DNA of 64,000 nucleotides from Spirochaetia bacterium (GCA_021413825.1 JAIOPQ010000004.1:441-64440); one strand, 5' to 3'. Counted from the stretch's first letter, positions 49,291-59,094 are shown. The notes: generated from the letters alone by a model not told the origin. Numbers and translations are program-made.

Positions 49291-50213
49291 ATTACAAGCT
49301 CCGTCGTTTTCTCGGCGATCCCAACGGTTGCGGTTGCGCCAGAATTGAATGTTAGGAAGTCCTGTTCCATTCCATCTGAAAAGATCACGCCATTTTCTGC
49401 CATATGGCTCTCAACTGAAATGGATTCCTTTTCTTTGATTGTTCCCGCCACCATTTCAACGCCGCTCCATTTACTTGCAAAGGGTTCGCGCACGGCAAAC
49501 GTTAACTCACGATCTTCCCATTGCCTGGATCTTACAGGCATATCAATCGCAGCACCACCAAAACGTGATAGCCCTCGAGTCTGATTCAGAAGGGAACTAA
49601 ACCAACCGGTGCTTCCGGCAGGAGTTGAGACAAGAATGCCACTCGACATTTGTCTTTCTGATTTTTCTCCAATGTGAATTGTGTACCGCGCGCTAATGTG
49701 AGTTTTAGGGCCAAGGAATAGATCGTTAAATGCGTAAAGATGTTGGCCATCGTTAAGGTCAACCCTGGCCATTGTAATATTGCGTGTCTTCTGCCTGCCT
49801 TCCAGTATGGCCTCAAAAGCGAGGTGTGACGTTTGAACCTGGAAAGGGAGTAAGACGCCATCAAAACGATCCGGATCGGGATTAACGGCAATGACGGGCT
49901 GTCCGCTAAGATATTTGGCTGTATTCACAACCAGGCCATCCTGGCCCAGGCAAACCACGACATCGGTAGGCGCAAAAAGAAAGTTAGGAAGAAAACTCCG
50001 ATCGATGATCTGGACTTTCAACTCCGACGGGATTATTTTCAACAGATCTTCCCGTGCATGCGCGTATGTCTCATCCTCAAGCTCGTAGTCCGAGAACGAC
50101 TGCCCCCGCCGCGTAATATAGAAAGCAGCCTGAGCTTTGGTGTTATAGCGCTTAACGGTATCCTGGAGACGTGTAGGCCGCGTTACCAGGATTACTTTTT
50201 CGAAGCTCACCAA
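49281..50213 (-). CDS. NAD-kinase-fold (ATP-NAD kinase/COG3199-like) protein with a divergent GGDG motif
   Basis: VVVCLGQDGLVVNTAKYL in place of the GGDGT loop, NDLFLG (the NE-type motif), and ILVSTPAGSTGWFSS (compare STPTGSTAY). 310 aa. TTG or GTG start. Confidence 0.65.
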   Translation of the reverse strand: MVSFEKVILVTRPTRLQDTVKRYNTKAQAAFYITRRGQSFSDYELEDETYAHAREDLLKIIPSELKVQIIDRSFLPNFLFAPTDVVVCLGQDGLVVNTAKYLSGQPVIAVNPDPDRFDGVLLPFQVQTSHLAFEAILEGRQKTRNITMARVDLNDGQHLYAFNDLFLGPKTHISARYTIHIGEKSERQMSSGILVSTPAGSTGWFSSLLNQTRGLSRFGGAAIDMPVRSRQWEDRELTFAVREPFASKWSGVEMVAGTIKEKESISVESHMAENGVIFSDGMEQDFLTFNSGATATVGIAEKTTELVIHS

Positions 50214-50216
50214 TAC

Positions 50217-51284
50217 TCACTCTGAATCTTTAAGTAGAGTCTCGAGCAGATCCGGGCTGATGTTAAGGGTCCCAATCTTCTGCGCATTGCCGGCAAGGTC
50301 GCGAATTGCCCGGCTGATTAATTTACGTGAATCCATTTGATTTGCCAGAAGCACTTCAAGCACATCTGGCGTAAGCTTGGCTATTACATCGGTTTCCATG
50401 CGCATTGCCTCTGCTCTGGATTTGGCGTACTGGACGTTATTTGCAGTTTCAAGATCTACCAGTTTCCTTTTTTTATCCTCAAGGATCGTGCGCGCAACAA
50501 GCGACTGTTCTTCGATTTCATTTTTCTTGCGCGCAACGCTTTCCACTGTCTTCATTTTCTCTTCTTCAACAGCGCGTTGCTTTTCTTGTACAGCGATTTC
50601 CGCATTCATCTGCTCTTCACGAATCTTTCTGTTTTTCTCTTCGATTGAGATCTGAGTCTGTAATTCGTTCTCTTTAATGCGTCGCTCTTGTTCAACAGCA
50701 GAGTTGCGTCTCTGGTAAATCGCATCGTCGGCTTCCTTATACAACTGTTCCCTTGCCGCCGCCTCCAGGGCCCGAGCCATGTCAGGCGTAGGAGCAATTT
50801 TCAAAATAGAAAGGTCTAAGATCGAAATTCCCAGGGTTGTCAATAGTTCAGAAGTCTTCAGTCGTTCTGTTGCATGCTGAACGAGCCCCGTTGCACCGGC
50901 AAGAGCGTCGCGAATACTAAGGCCCTTGAATTTTTCGCGAATTGCAATCTGAACCGCGTTAGTAATTCGAATTCCAAGCTTTTCTTCGCCGTCGCCTACG
51001 CGCTTTCCCTGTGCATCAACTGAAAAGTCCAGAAGGGATGCAAGCTTCTCAGGTGAAGTTACACGATACGTGGCCTGCCCCTGGATCGTTACCTCTTGAA
51101 AATCAATTGTTACTTCATTGAAAATGAACGGTGCATCCCTACTTTCATTTGGAACAATTACAAGACTGGAAGCTGGTGCATAATAAAAGAACGATAGCCC
51201 GGCCCCGTGTGTACGCAGGCGACCACCCCGGTATAACATAACATATTCAGTAGGTTTGATCTTGATGTAGCGAATTCCCAACAT
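50217..51284 (-). CDS. SPFH/band-7-domain protein with long C-terminal coiled coil, no TM anchor
   Basis: SPFH-like N-terminal ~190 aa (...YVMLYRGGRLRTHGAGLSFFYYAP...), then an EEKNRKIREEQMNAEIAVQEKQRAVEEEK-type coiled coil. The start is ATG 51284 or GTG 51302. Confidence 0.75.
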   Translation of the reverse strand: MLGIRYIKIKPTEYVMLYRGGRLRTHGAGLSFFYYAPASSLVIVPNESRDAPFIFNEVTIDFQEVTIQGQATYRVTSPEKLASLLDFSVDAQGKRVGDGEEKLGIRITNAVQIAIREKFKGLSIRDALAGATGLVQHATERLKTSELLTTLGISILDLSILKIAPTPDMARALEAAAREQLYKEADDAIYQRRNSAVEQERRIKENELQTQISIEEKNRKIREEQMNAEIAVQEKQRAVEEEKMKTVESVARKKNEIEEQSLVARTILEDKKRKLVDLETANNVQYAKSRAEAMRMETDVIAKLTPDVLEVLLANQMDSRKLISRAIRDLAGNAQKIGTLNISPDLLETLLKDSE

Positions 51285-51361
51285 AGTAGCGCAATTTGCC
51301 ACTGGTCAGGGAGAAAGGTAAATCGTTTATAACTGTATTCCGGAAAAATCGGAACGTAATC

Positions 51362-51444
51362 TGGGCAGAGGAGGATTCGAACCTCCGAAGGCGAATGCCG
51401 CCAGATTTACAGTCTGGTCCCTTTAGCCACTCGGGAATCTGCCC
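51362..51444 (-). tRNA. tRNA-Tyr (anticodon GTA), long variable arm
   Basis: The reverse complement is GGGCAGATTCCCGAGTGGCTAAAGGGACCAGACTGTAAATCTGGCGGCATTCGCCTTCGGAGGTTCGAATCCTCCTCTGCCCA. All four stems pair. CCA is not encoded. Confidence 0.92.
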
Positions 51445-51455
51445 CGAAACGAAAC

Positions 51456-51528
51456 TGCTGCCTGTAGGCCTCGAACCCACGACCTGCTGATTACAAATCA
51501 GCTGCTCTACCAACTGAGCTAAGGCAGC
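51456..51528 (-). tRNA. tRNA-Thr (anticodon TGT)
   Basis: The reverse complement is GCTGCCTTAGCTCAGTTGGTAGAGCAGCTGATTTGTAATCAGCAGGTCGTGGGTTCGAGGCCTACAGGCAGCA. Acceptor GCTGCCT/AGGCAGC and anticodon stem GCTGA/TCAGC both pair. Confidence 0.9.
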
Positions 51529-51585
51529 GTTCGCACCAATGGATTTGAAATGCACCCACGGGTCAAGGCAAATCAGCCCAGTAGC

Positions 51586-52296
51586 TCATTTCTGCCAGGC
51601 GCGGACAGAGGCATGGCCCAGGGTTGCAATCCAGCCAATGGCCATCAGAGGCATTCCGATTTCAGCGAGGGGCCGGGCAGACGGTACGATCATGGCTATG
51701 AGGCCAATTGCACCGCCAATGCAATATAGAAAGGAAATGATAACGCCAAACGACCGGCCAAGGTATGAGGCATATGCCAGCCCAAGCAAGAGGGAACTTG
51801 CAAACAGAGCGATCCACTTAATCCGCGTAAAGATAATGAGTAGATTTAGAACGCTGCTTTCAACTTCCCCGACGGCTGAAACGTTTGTCAATCGGAGTAG
51901 CTGAACATTCTCAACCGCGTCCCCGAGGAGCATTAGAACCGCCAGGCTAAGCCCTATATTTATAAATCGGTTGCCACTAAAAATCGGACGAGACGCAGAT
52001 CGATTCAGGGCGCCCAGAAACAGAAAAACACACGCGATGAATCCGCTATAGCAGACCATGAAGACATAATCCGCGTAATTTATCCGGTCCATCTTGAATC
52101 GTATAGATTTACCCTCAACCGAATTGGGCTCCAGGAGAACATCAAACACTTCCTGCGCAGACAGAACCAGTTCAAACTCCACTATTGGATTCTTATAAGC
52201 TGAACCCGGCCGCGGTTGAAACGTACCCCCGAAGAGACTCATCCCTGTAGCACTGACTACAGTCAATAAGCCAGCCAGGGCTACCAGCCATGCCAT
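51586..52296 (-). CDS. hypothetical polytopic membrane protein
   Basis: From the internal ATG 52296 (MAWLVALAGLLTVVSATG...). About 7 hydrophobic helices. The longer tracked ORF would abut the divergent gene start at 52383. Confidence 0.55.
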   Translation of the reverse strand: MAWLVALAGLLTVVSATGMSLFGGTFQPRPGSAYKNPIVEFELVLSAQEVFDVLLEPNSVEGKSIRFKMDRINYADYVFMVCYSGFIACVFLFLGALNRSASRPIFSGNRFINIGLSLAVLMLLGDAVENVQLLRLTNVSAVGEVESSVLNLLIIFTRIKWIALFASSLLLGLAYASYLGRSFGVIISFLYCIGGAIGLIAMIVPSARPLAEIGMPLMAIGWIATLGHASVRAWQK

Positions 52297-52382
52297 AGCT
52301 TTTACTTCATTTCGTTTTTCGGATTTCACGGACGCAATTTGATCGACGCAGGAAGCCGGACAATAAAGTTTACAGGCGTCCA

Positions 52383-53207
52383 ATGAATCTCAGAGATTTG
52401 TCTCAACGCATCCTTTCCTTGATTCCCAAAAAGCAGGATCTACCGGAACTCAAGGCAAAAATCATTCAGGCCATCAAGAATGGGCCAGCAACTCTCGTTG
52501 CAACGGCCAGGGAGATCCTCCCAAGGCTGATCGCTTTTCTGCGTCGTATTCCGGCAATGCTGCGTGCCGTTCCAGGTCAGATCGGCAGTTTCTTCAGTGC
52601 GCTGGCTGCTCCTGAAAATGGAAGAATGCGAATGATGACTGTGCTTTGGTCTATTGTAATTTGTTTCGTGTCCGTTTGCATACTCGGTAAAGTCAATCCA
52701 TTCCAGTCAATCATCCCGGTTCTAGGAATCCACCTTCCAGTTCGGGATTCAAGAATTCCGGTCGAACTGAAAGCCTATTCGTTTGAATCTAAGACCCTGC
52801 AAAGCGTGATGCGGCGTCTGCCAACGGATGGTATGCCCGATCGCAACGTTATGCGCATTGCACTGGCTCTTTCAGAGACAGCAGGGATCCAGGAAACGTC
52901 AGCCGTTGTTGAAAACATGCCGGACTATGGGTTTAGCCTGAAACGGGTCTGGGTTCTCAAAGAGGGCGGATGTCTAATTGATCTGCGCAGCAGCACACTT
53001 CTCGCGGAAACGGAAATATTTCTTAAAAACCGGGATCAGAAAGATCGTAAGCCGCAGGCTTACTACATGGACGCGTATTTCCAATCTTTAACTGCATCCA
53101 TTTTCTCCGCTAAGACTGGCTGCAAGAACGTGAGCTACCTGGTGGACGGATCTTCAGGCAAGATCAAAGATATGACGTTCGACTTGCAGAAGTCCTATTC
53201 AAATTAA
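52383..53207 (+). CDS. hypothetical membrane-anchored protein (possible GerMN-like C-terminal domain)
   Basis: 274 aa with one TM helix (MMTVLWSIVICFVSVCILG). The C-terminal ...VWVLKEGGCLIDLRSS...YFQSLTASIFSA..CKNVSYLVDGSS loosely resembles GerMN domains. Confidence 0.5.
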   Translation: MNLRDLSQRILSLIPKKQDLPELKAKIIQAIKNGPATLVATAREILPRLIAFLRRIPAMLRAVPGQIGSFFSALAAPENGRMRMMTVLWSIVICFVSVCILGKVNPFQSIIPVLGIHLPVRDSRIPVELKAYSFESKTLQSVMRRLPTDGMPDRNVMRIALALSETAGIQETSAVVENMPDYGFSLKRVWVLKEGGCLIDLRSSTLLAETEIFLKNRDQKDRKPQAYYMDAYFQSLTASIFSAKTGCKNVSYLVDGSSGKIKDMTFDLQKSYSN

Positions 53208-54208
53208 ATTCTGAATTCCGCTATCATTCGGGCGCCCCATTCCTTTGTATTCAAGTGCATCCTCTGCTTGGGTAGAAAGTTGTACAGGGGATCCAGGCCA
53301 TAGGCGTGAATATTTCCCCTTGAGTATAACCTGTGGCCTGTGACGCCAACTCGAATCAACATGCCATTGCTTGTAGGGAATAAAAGATCCGCATTGTAAA
53401 TGAACCCGGCGCCGGAATTCTCCATTATAAAAGTTAAGCCTCGCAAGATATGATGATCGCGACTCTTTGTCAATCCTACAAGCGGTAAGAAGGCTATGTC
53501 CATGCCTAGAGTCGGGGAGAAGAACGTCAAGTAGCCCAGGCCCAACGAGAGTTCATGCTGAATATTCGTGAAGGTCAGCCCGGTTCCAATCGGAAGAATT
53601 GAGAAGGAAAACGGGCTCGGGCGAATCAAAGCCACCTGGTTATACTGAATCACGTCATAGATCGTGTACTTTGAATACCCATACTGAAATCCCGTCTTAA
53701 GGTACATCCCACCCTGACCGGCAAGCGGATCCGCAGGTGTGTTAAAATAGAATCTGGCCCCAATGCGGCCCCGGTACTCATACAAGTCGGTCTTCCCGTT
53801 CGAGTCTGCCCAGTTTCTGCCGCCCGAGAAAACCCGTGCCCGGTCGCTGAACTTTCCTTCCTGAATTGAAATCTTTGCTTCTTCTTCACGCGAAAACGAA
53901 TTGAGAAAGAAATCTTCATCCCGTCCAGTACCAGAGCGAACGTGCGGACCCGTTCCTTCAATGGCAAACTCAAGCGCCACCGAGTTCAGATACAAGGAAA
54001 TGGATGCACCGGTATATGCAAAATTGCGAGGGTACGTGATTCGACTCCCTCCCGAGACTCCCGTCAAAGCCGGTTGCTGAGACCCTAACTCAAATCCTGT
54101 CTCGCCTTGATTCCAGGCCCGGTAAAATCCCAGGCTGGACGAAAAGTCCAGGGCCGCGAGCCGGGCTGGCAAACATAACACTAACCCCAGGGCTAAGCGA
54201 CGTTTCAA
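53204..54208 (-). CDS. putative outer-membrane beta-barrel protein
   Basis: Signal peptide MKRRLALGLVLCLPARLAAL. Alternating aromatic/Gly-rich beta-strand-like segments. C-terminal ...GARMIAEFRI. ATGA overlap with the upstream acyl-CoA dehydrogenase gene. Confidence 0.55.
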   Translation of the reverse strand: MKRRLALGLVLCLPARLAALDFSSSLGFYRAWNQGETGFELGSQQPALTGVSGGSRITYPRNFAYTGASISLYLNSVALEFAIEGTGPHVRSGTGRDEDFFLNSFSREEEAKISIQEGKFSDRARVFSGGRNWADSNGKTDLYEYRGRIGARFYFNTPADPLAGQGGMYLKTGFQYGYSKYTIYDVIQYNQVALIRPSPFSFSILPIGTGLTFTNIQHELSLGLGYLTFFSPTLGMDIAFLPLVGLTKSRDHHILRGLTFIMENSGAGFIYNADLLFPTSNGMLIRVGVTGHRLYSRGNIHAYGLDPLYNFLPKQRMHLNTKEWGARMIAEFRI

Positions 54209-55413
54209 TCGCGTACTCGTTTTAGTTCCGCGTGAGCCACAATCTGTTTTTGAATCTCGGAAGTTCCGCCGCCAATCTCCGCAATCTTGACATCTCGATA
54301 GAAACGGGCCACCGGAAACTCCTCCATGTACCCAGCTCCACCGTGCACCTGGACCGCCAGATTCGCAACTTCGCGCGCATAGGTTGAGGATAGAAGCTTA
54401 GCTTCCGATGCGCGCGCTGCAATATCAATCGAATACCCGTTGTGATCAATTTTGGCTTTCAATTTACCATCACCGCTCAATTCCCTTTGTCGGTCCATCA
54501 GCCACGCTGTTTCCATGAGCAAGAGGTATGACGCTTCAAGTTTTGTCTTGATATCGGCCAGCATGAACGCAACGCTTTGATGCTTGGCTATTGGCCGGCC
54601 AAAGGCTTTTCTTTCTTTGGAATACCGTCTGGATTGATCAAAGCATGCTTGCATTACCCCTGTGCAATATGCAGCCAGGGCCAATCTTTCCTGTTGAAAG
54701 GTTTCCATTACCATTCTGAATCCCTGACCAGGCCGCCCCACGATCTCCTCTGCTGATACTTTGTAATTGTCAAAAAACAATTCTCCAGTGGGCGATGCTC
54801 TGAGGCCCATCTTCTTCATTGGCTTTCCACGCGTTACTCCTTCACGACGCGCGTCCACAACGAACGATGTGAGAACTCCAGTTCCGTTTTCTCCCTCAAG
54901 TCGCGCAAGCACCAGAGCATAGTCGCATATCGGGGCGTTTGTAATATAAGTCTTCTGACCATTTAACAGAAAGCCATCTCCAGATCGTACTGCCTTACAC
55001 CGAATCGCATTCACGTCAGAACCCGTATCTGGTTCCGTTACCGCGAGGCAGCCTATGGTGTCACCACGCAACAATCCCGGAAGAATGCTTCGCACGAGCG
55101 CTGGATTCCCGTAGCGAGCAACGGGACCGCCAAACAAACCGCAAGATGCCCCGACAGAGAAGAAGGTCGAACCACAGGCTTCAGCGAGGACAATCTGGGC
55201 AAGAGTGGCCTGAAAGTAGGTAGCCTCCTGGCCACCGAACTCTCGCTTATGAAGAAGGCCGTTGTATCCAATGGCTCCCAGTTTGCGATAATGCTCGCGA
55301 GGGATCTCTTCCTTCTGGTCCGAATCTCCAGCTACTGGCGCAATTTCTTTCTCACAAAAACGTCTGAACTGAAGCACGAACTCCTGGTCGTCCGCTGATA
55401 ATTCAAAATCCAT
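54205..55413 (-). CDS. acyl-CoA dehydrogenase
   Basis: 402 aa. CLAVTEPDTGSDV, NGQKTYITNAP, and the C-terminal QVHGGAGYMEEFPVARFYRDVKIAEIGGGTSEIQ. Confidence 0.92.
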   Translation of the reverse strand: MDFELSADDQEFVLQFRRFCEKEIAPVAGDSDQKEEIPREHYRKLGAIGYNGLLHKREFGGQEATYFQATLAQIVLAEACGSTFFSVGASCGLFGGPVARYGNPALVRSILPGLLRGDTIGCLAVTEPDTGSDVNAIRCKAVRSGDGFLLNGQKTYITNAPICDYALVLARLEGENGTGVLTSFVVDARREGVTRGKPMKKMGLRASPTGELFFDNYKVSAEEIVGRPGQGFRMVMETFQQERLALAAYCTGVMQACFDQSRRYSKERKAFGRPIAKHQSVAFMLADIKTKLEASYLLLMETAWLMDRQRELSGDGKLKAKIDHNGYSIDIAARASEAKLLSSTYAREVANLAVQVHGGAGYMEEFPVARFYRDVKIAEIGGGTSEIQKQIVAHAELKRVRD

Positions 55414-56432
55414 TATGCCTCTCCAAAACCAAACGGGAAGCGATTGTAGTCCGCCGGAATTTCTTCCAGGGGAATCTCGCGACCCAAATGCAGAATTTTA
55501 TCATTTTGTTTTACTGGAATAACTTCCTGTTTGCCTTTTAGAATATCCTGAAATAGCATTTTGCGGTACGATGCAATCCATGCCTCATACGAATGAATGC
55601 CCTTCTGTGCCAAACTCGCTTTGTCCAACTTTGCAAACATATTCTTTCTAAGGAATTCATTGTTACGCGGAAGCAACATTGCCCGATCAAAATCGATTCC
55701 GTAGAAATCCGCGGATGTTCGGTATACATGCTCTGCAATGGCCCGATCTTCTTCTTTTCGACTTGTGTCCCAGTCAGATATGCTGCCCAGAATCCTGGCT
55801 GATATCTGGATATATGCCATATCGAAATTTCCGTTCAACGTGTGGACCAGTCCCAGGCGCTCTCCTTCGAATTCAGTCAGTGTTACCGATTTGGCATTCT
55901 CCAGAGCTTTCTTCAGACCATTGCTATATGCGCGCACATGCGGTTGACCAATCGTTTCTCCCGCCTTTCGCACAGATTCCATCTCCTCCTCTAACTGCAC
56001 GGAACTCATGCTGGCAAAAAGATTTTCCTCTGCCATGCGAGTTAGAAATGCCAGGGCGTTCTCGCTCTCCTTCTCGATCTCAAAAATTCTGGCATAGAGC
56101 GCGTGCGTACGGACGAGTTCCGGTCGGTTCTTAAGGCTCTGATACGCAAGATGATAGCCGGCCGCAGTTTCGCGGGCGGAAGGGATTGTCTTGATTCCAG
56201 CCACGGGTGTTTCACGAGTAAGCGCTGCAAAATCATCGTTCAGTTGCGCCAGGGGTTTGTTCGCTTTTGCGTATAGCTCGTTAATATCGCGACACCCATT
56301 TGCAATTTTCGCGACAGATTCATAGGTTAACTTGAACTTTTGAAGCGCTTTGTTTTCTGGACCCAGACGATCCGTATAGTTTCTCAAGCCGGCTCCAAAG
56401 GAATCTAGAATTAGCTGAATCGATTCATCCAT
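55413..56432 (-). CDS. hypothetical helical protein (no family recognised)
   Basis: The start is set at ATG 56432 (MDESIQLIL...), with an 8-nt overlap with the upstream gene and a 1-nt TAATG overlap with the downstream ACAD. No TM or signal peptide. Confidence 0.6.
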   Translation of the reverse strand: MDESIQLILDSFGAGLRNYTDRLGPENKALQKFKLTYESVAKIANGCRDINELYAKANKPLAQLNDDFAALTRETPVAGIKTIPSARETAAGYHLAYQSLKNRPELVRTHALYARIFEIEKESENALAFLTRMAEENLFASMSSVQLEEEMESVRKAGETIGQPHVRAYSNGLKKALENAKSVTLTEFEGERLGLVHTLNGNFDMAYIQISARILGSISDWDTSRKEEDRAIAEHVYRTSADFYGIDFDRAMLLPRNNEFLRKNMFAKLDKASLAQKGIHSYEAWIASYRKMLFQDILKGKQEVIPVKQNDKILHLGREIPLEEIPADYNRFPFGFGEA

Positions 56433-57054
56433 TCGAATGCTCCAGCAGGCCAAACAATAACGTTAGTTGACGATCAGTATAAATCGTGGCATTGCGCAGA
56501 GGAGCAAATCGCATCAAATGCGCAAGCGTCAGACCTGGCCTCCTTTCCTGTAAAGTCCTCCATTGACTTGAGGCCGTCTCCAGGTGTCCTTTTCGATATT
56601 GTGAACCTGGGCCTCCCTTTGGTGACATGAGTGCTGCTTCTAGCACGCCACAAAATTCAATGCATTGGTTCAAAAACTCCTGAGCTCGAGCGATCCGTTG
56701 ATTGCGCTTTTGCATTACTTCAGTCTGTGACTCATACAATTGTGTGTGCGTTTTTACTTTCTGTAATTCCTGGACTACGAGTTCCTCGGCCTTTGCTCGA
56801 TCTTCCCATCCTGCCTTTCTAAACAATGCGGCAAAATTGGTATGTCGATCCTCAATTTCCGCTTTTGCCACATCCACCATATCACCGGTCGTAGCTACGT
56901 ACGTGGAGAAATCTTCCATACTTGCGCTCTTACCTAAAACAGAAAGGTAATTGTTATACACTTCAATTTGGTTTTTGTGGAGCGATGGTTTTCCAGTCAG
57001 GCCAGCTAGCCTGGCCTTGAAATAGCGCTCCTGCAATGCTCTGAGATCGTTCAT
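56425..57054 (-). CDS. hypothetical helical protein (no family recognised)
   Basis: The start is set at ATG 57054 (MNDLRALQERYF...), 2 nt after the stop of the upstream ACAD. The tracked longer ORF overlaps that ACAD. Confidence 0.6.
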   Translation of the reverse strand: MNDLRALQERYFKARLAGLTGKPSLHKNQIEVYNNYLSVLGKSASMEDFSTYVATTGDMVDVAKAEIEDRHTNFAALFRKAGWEDRAKAEELVVQELQKVKTHTQLYESQTEVMQKRNQRIARAQEFLNQCIEFCGVLEAALMSPKGGPGSQYRKGHLETASSQWRTLQERRPGLTLAHLMRFAPLRNATIYTDRQLTLLFGLLEHSNG

Positions 57055-57056
57055 GA

Positions 57057-58220
57057 TTAGAGATTGGCTGCAATGATTGAGCGCATCACTTCCGAGGTTC
57101 CGCCTCCCAATGTGCCAAGTCTGCAATCGCGATATGCGCGTTCCACAGCATACTCGTGAATAAAACAATAGCCCCCGTGAACCTGACCCATTTCATATGC
57201 AGCCTCAATGACTGCTTCCGTTGCGTGAACTTTTGCAATCGAAGACTCAATGGGAGCCGGTTTACCCTTGTCTTTCATGACTGCACTTTTGTATAGAAGC
57301 AGTCGCGACGCATCGAGTTTCATTCGAACCTTTGCTATCTTTTCCTGGATTGCCTGAAAGCGGGCGATCGGCTCACCAAACTGCCTGCGATTTTTAGCGT
57401 AACGAATGGACTCATCAAGCATACTTTGCATCGAACCAATTGCGCTTGCTACAAGCACCGTGCGCTCCCATTCAAGGGTAGCCTTGCCCACGCGGAGAAA
57501 TCCGGAGTTCATTCGCTCTATCATGTTCTCTTCCGGAACTTCACAATCCTGAAATATCAATTCGCTAGTCGTGCTCGTCCGCATTCCCATTTTCTTGAGT
57601 TTCTTGCCCACGCTGAATCCAGGAAAATTCTTTTCCACGATGAAGACTGAAATCCCGAGTGGACCCTTTTTCTTCTCCGTCACAGCCATGACGATGAAAA
57701 CATCGCCGATTGGACCGTTGGTGATGAACATCTTGGTTCCGTTTAGAATCCAGCGATCGCCTTTCTTAACAGCTCGAGTTTCCATGCTACCAGCCGCATC
57801 GCTTCCTGATCCCGGCTCAGTCAAACCAAGGCCAGCTGTCCATTCACCCGTTGCCAGCTTCCTCAGGTAGCGGTCTTTATGTGACTGCGTGCCACAAAGG
57901 ACAATGGGCATGCTGCCTATAATGGTGTGAGCACCCCAGGCCAGGGTAACGCCGCCGTCAGTTGCACCTTCCGCAAATGCCTCGGTGGCAATCGTAGTAG
58001 TAAGGCAATCGGCCCCTTGTCCGCCATACTCCTCAGGAAAGCAAAGCCCCAGGAGCCCAAACTCACCCATTTTCCGCCAGATCGCCGGATCCCAGTGTTC
58101 GGTCAGGTCCCGCTCCTCTGAGCTGGGGCGAACATGCTGGATTGCAAACTGCTTCACGGAGTCTCGAAAATCGACCAGTTCGGACGGTAGGGAAAAATTC
58201 ATCTGCGACCTTTGCGCCAT
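57057..58220 (-). CDS. acyl-CoA dehydrogenase
   Basis: 387 aa. GLGLTEPGSGSDA, NGTKMFITNGP, and QVHGGYCFIHEYAVERAYRDCRLGTLGGGTSEV. Confidence 0.92.
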   Translation of the reverse strand: MAQRSQMNFSLPSELVDFRDSVKQFAIQHVRPSSEERDLTEHWDPAIWRKMGEFGLLGLCFPEEYGGQGADCLTTTIATEAFAEGATDGGVTLAWGAHTIIGSMPIVLCGTQSHKDRYLRKLATGEWTAGLGLTEPGSGSDAAGSMETRAVKKGDRWILNGTKMFITNGPIGDVFIVMAVTEKKKGPLGISVFIVEKNFPGFSVGKKLKKMGMRTSTTSELIFQDCEVPEENMIERMNSGFLRVGKATLEWERTVLVASAIGSMQSMLDESIRYAKNRRQFGEPIARFQAIQEKIAKVRMKLDASRLLLYKSAVMKDKGKPAPIESSIAKVHATEAVIEAAYEMGQVHGGYCFIHEYAVERAYRDCRLGTLGGGTSEVMRSIIAANL

Positions 58221-58344
58221 GGCGGGTCAAAATTGGCAATCCACTCATGCCTCGCGGTGATCCCGTTGGGTTTTTGTTGGAGTATCTGGAATAACTCTCC
58301 GTAGTTAGATATAGCCAGTACCCGATTGAGGGGCGGCTCTACCA

Positions 58345-59094
58345 ATGCGATTGCTTTTGTTAACAGGGACTCAAGAAGAACTGCTGCCGATGCTATCGGA
58401 GTTCCGACTCTCGTTTGAATCTGCCGGGCTGTACCGGTCAAAAAGCTATCCGGAATTCTATGCCGCAACCACGGGCCCGGGGATGCGGGGGGAGCGGGAA
58501 ATCCGCGAACTGCTCAAAGACCTCATGCCTGATGTTATAGTAAATGCCGGTTTGGCCGGAATGCTCCTGGACCTGAGCGATCGTCAGGGGTCCCCGCAAC
58601 CGGGAGATCTACTGAGGCTTTCTTCTATTATAGACGCACAGAACGATGTGATTTTTCCTCTGGGACCATACGGACAGGTTTTAGTTACCGTAAAGCAGCC
58701 GGTACTCGAACCATACCAGAAAGCAGCCCTTGCTCGCGAACATCGTGCCAGGTTCTGTGACATGGAAGGGGCTCGACTAATTCAACTCATGCGAAATGCA
58801 GACGATTTGCGCGATGAAACACCCATCGTTTTCTGCAAGGTTGTGGGAGATACACCGGATCACTTTGATTTGTCCGAACATGAACAACTGGTGGAACGCT
58901 GGTATCGCGCTGGCTTATTTGGGAGAATGGTTTTGGGTCTCAAGTTTCCTGGTGGGCCACTCAGAATGCGCAAACTGCTTCGGCTAAGGGAAGCGGCTGT
59001 CGCTGGCCTGGCGACTCACACCAGGCATACGGTAAAAGCGCTTCTCGGTGGCGTCGATCCAGACAGCCTGGGTTCAGTGTACGCTCCGGCTTAA
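58345..59094 (+). CDS. phosphorylase-superfamily (PNP_UDP_1-like; MTA/SAH-nucleosidase / futalosine-hydrolase / HpnG-like) protein
   Basis: MRLLLLTGTQEELLP..., TTGPGM..., DVIVNAGLAGML, and CDMEGARLIQL resemble the nucleosidase fold motifs (GIG/…AG.AG…/ (E/D)MEGAA). 249 aa with a basic helical tail. Confidence 0.5.
   Translation: MRLLLLTGTQEELLPMLSEFRLSFESAGLYRSKSYPEFYAATTGPGMRGEREIRELLKDLMPDVIVNAGLAGMLLDLSDRQGSPQPGDLLRLSSIIDAQNDVIFPLGPYGQVLVTVKQPVLEPYQKAALAREHRARFCDMEGARLIQLMRNADDLRDETPIVFCKVVGDTPDHFDLSEHEQLVERWYRAGLFGRMVLGLKFPGGPLRMRKLLRLREAAVAGLATHTRHTVKALLGGVDPDSLGSVYAPA

Noticed and set aside
51247-51555. 102-aa minus-strand ORF (and 51296..51490 on the plus strand)
   Set aside because: It lies entirely over the tRNA-Tyr and tRNA-Thr genes. 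The peptide is simply the tRNA sequence translated.
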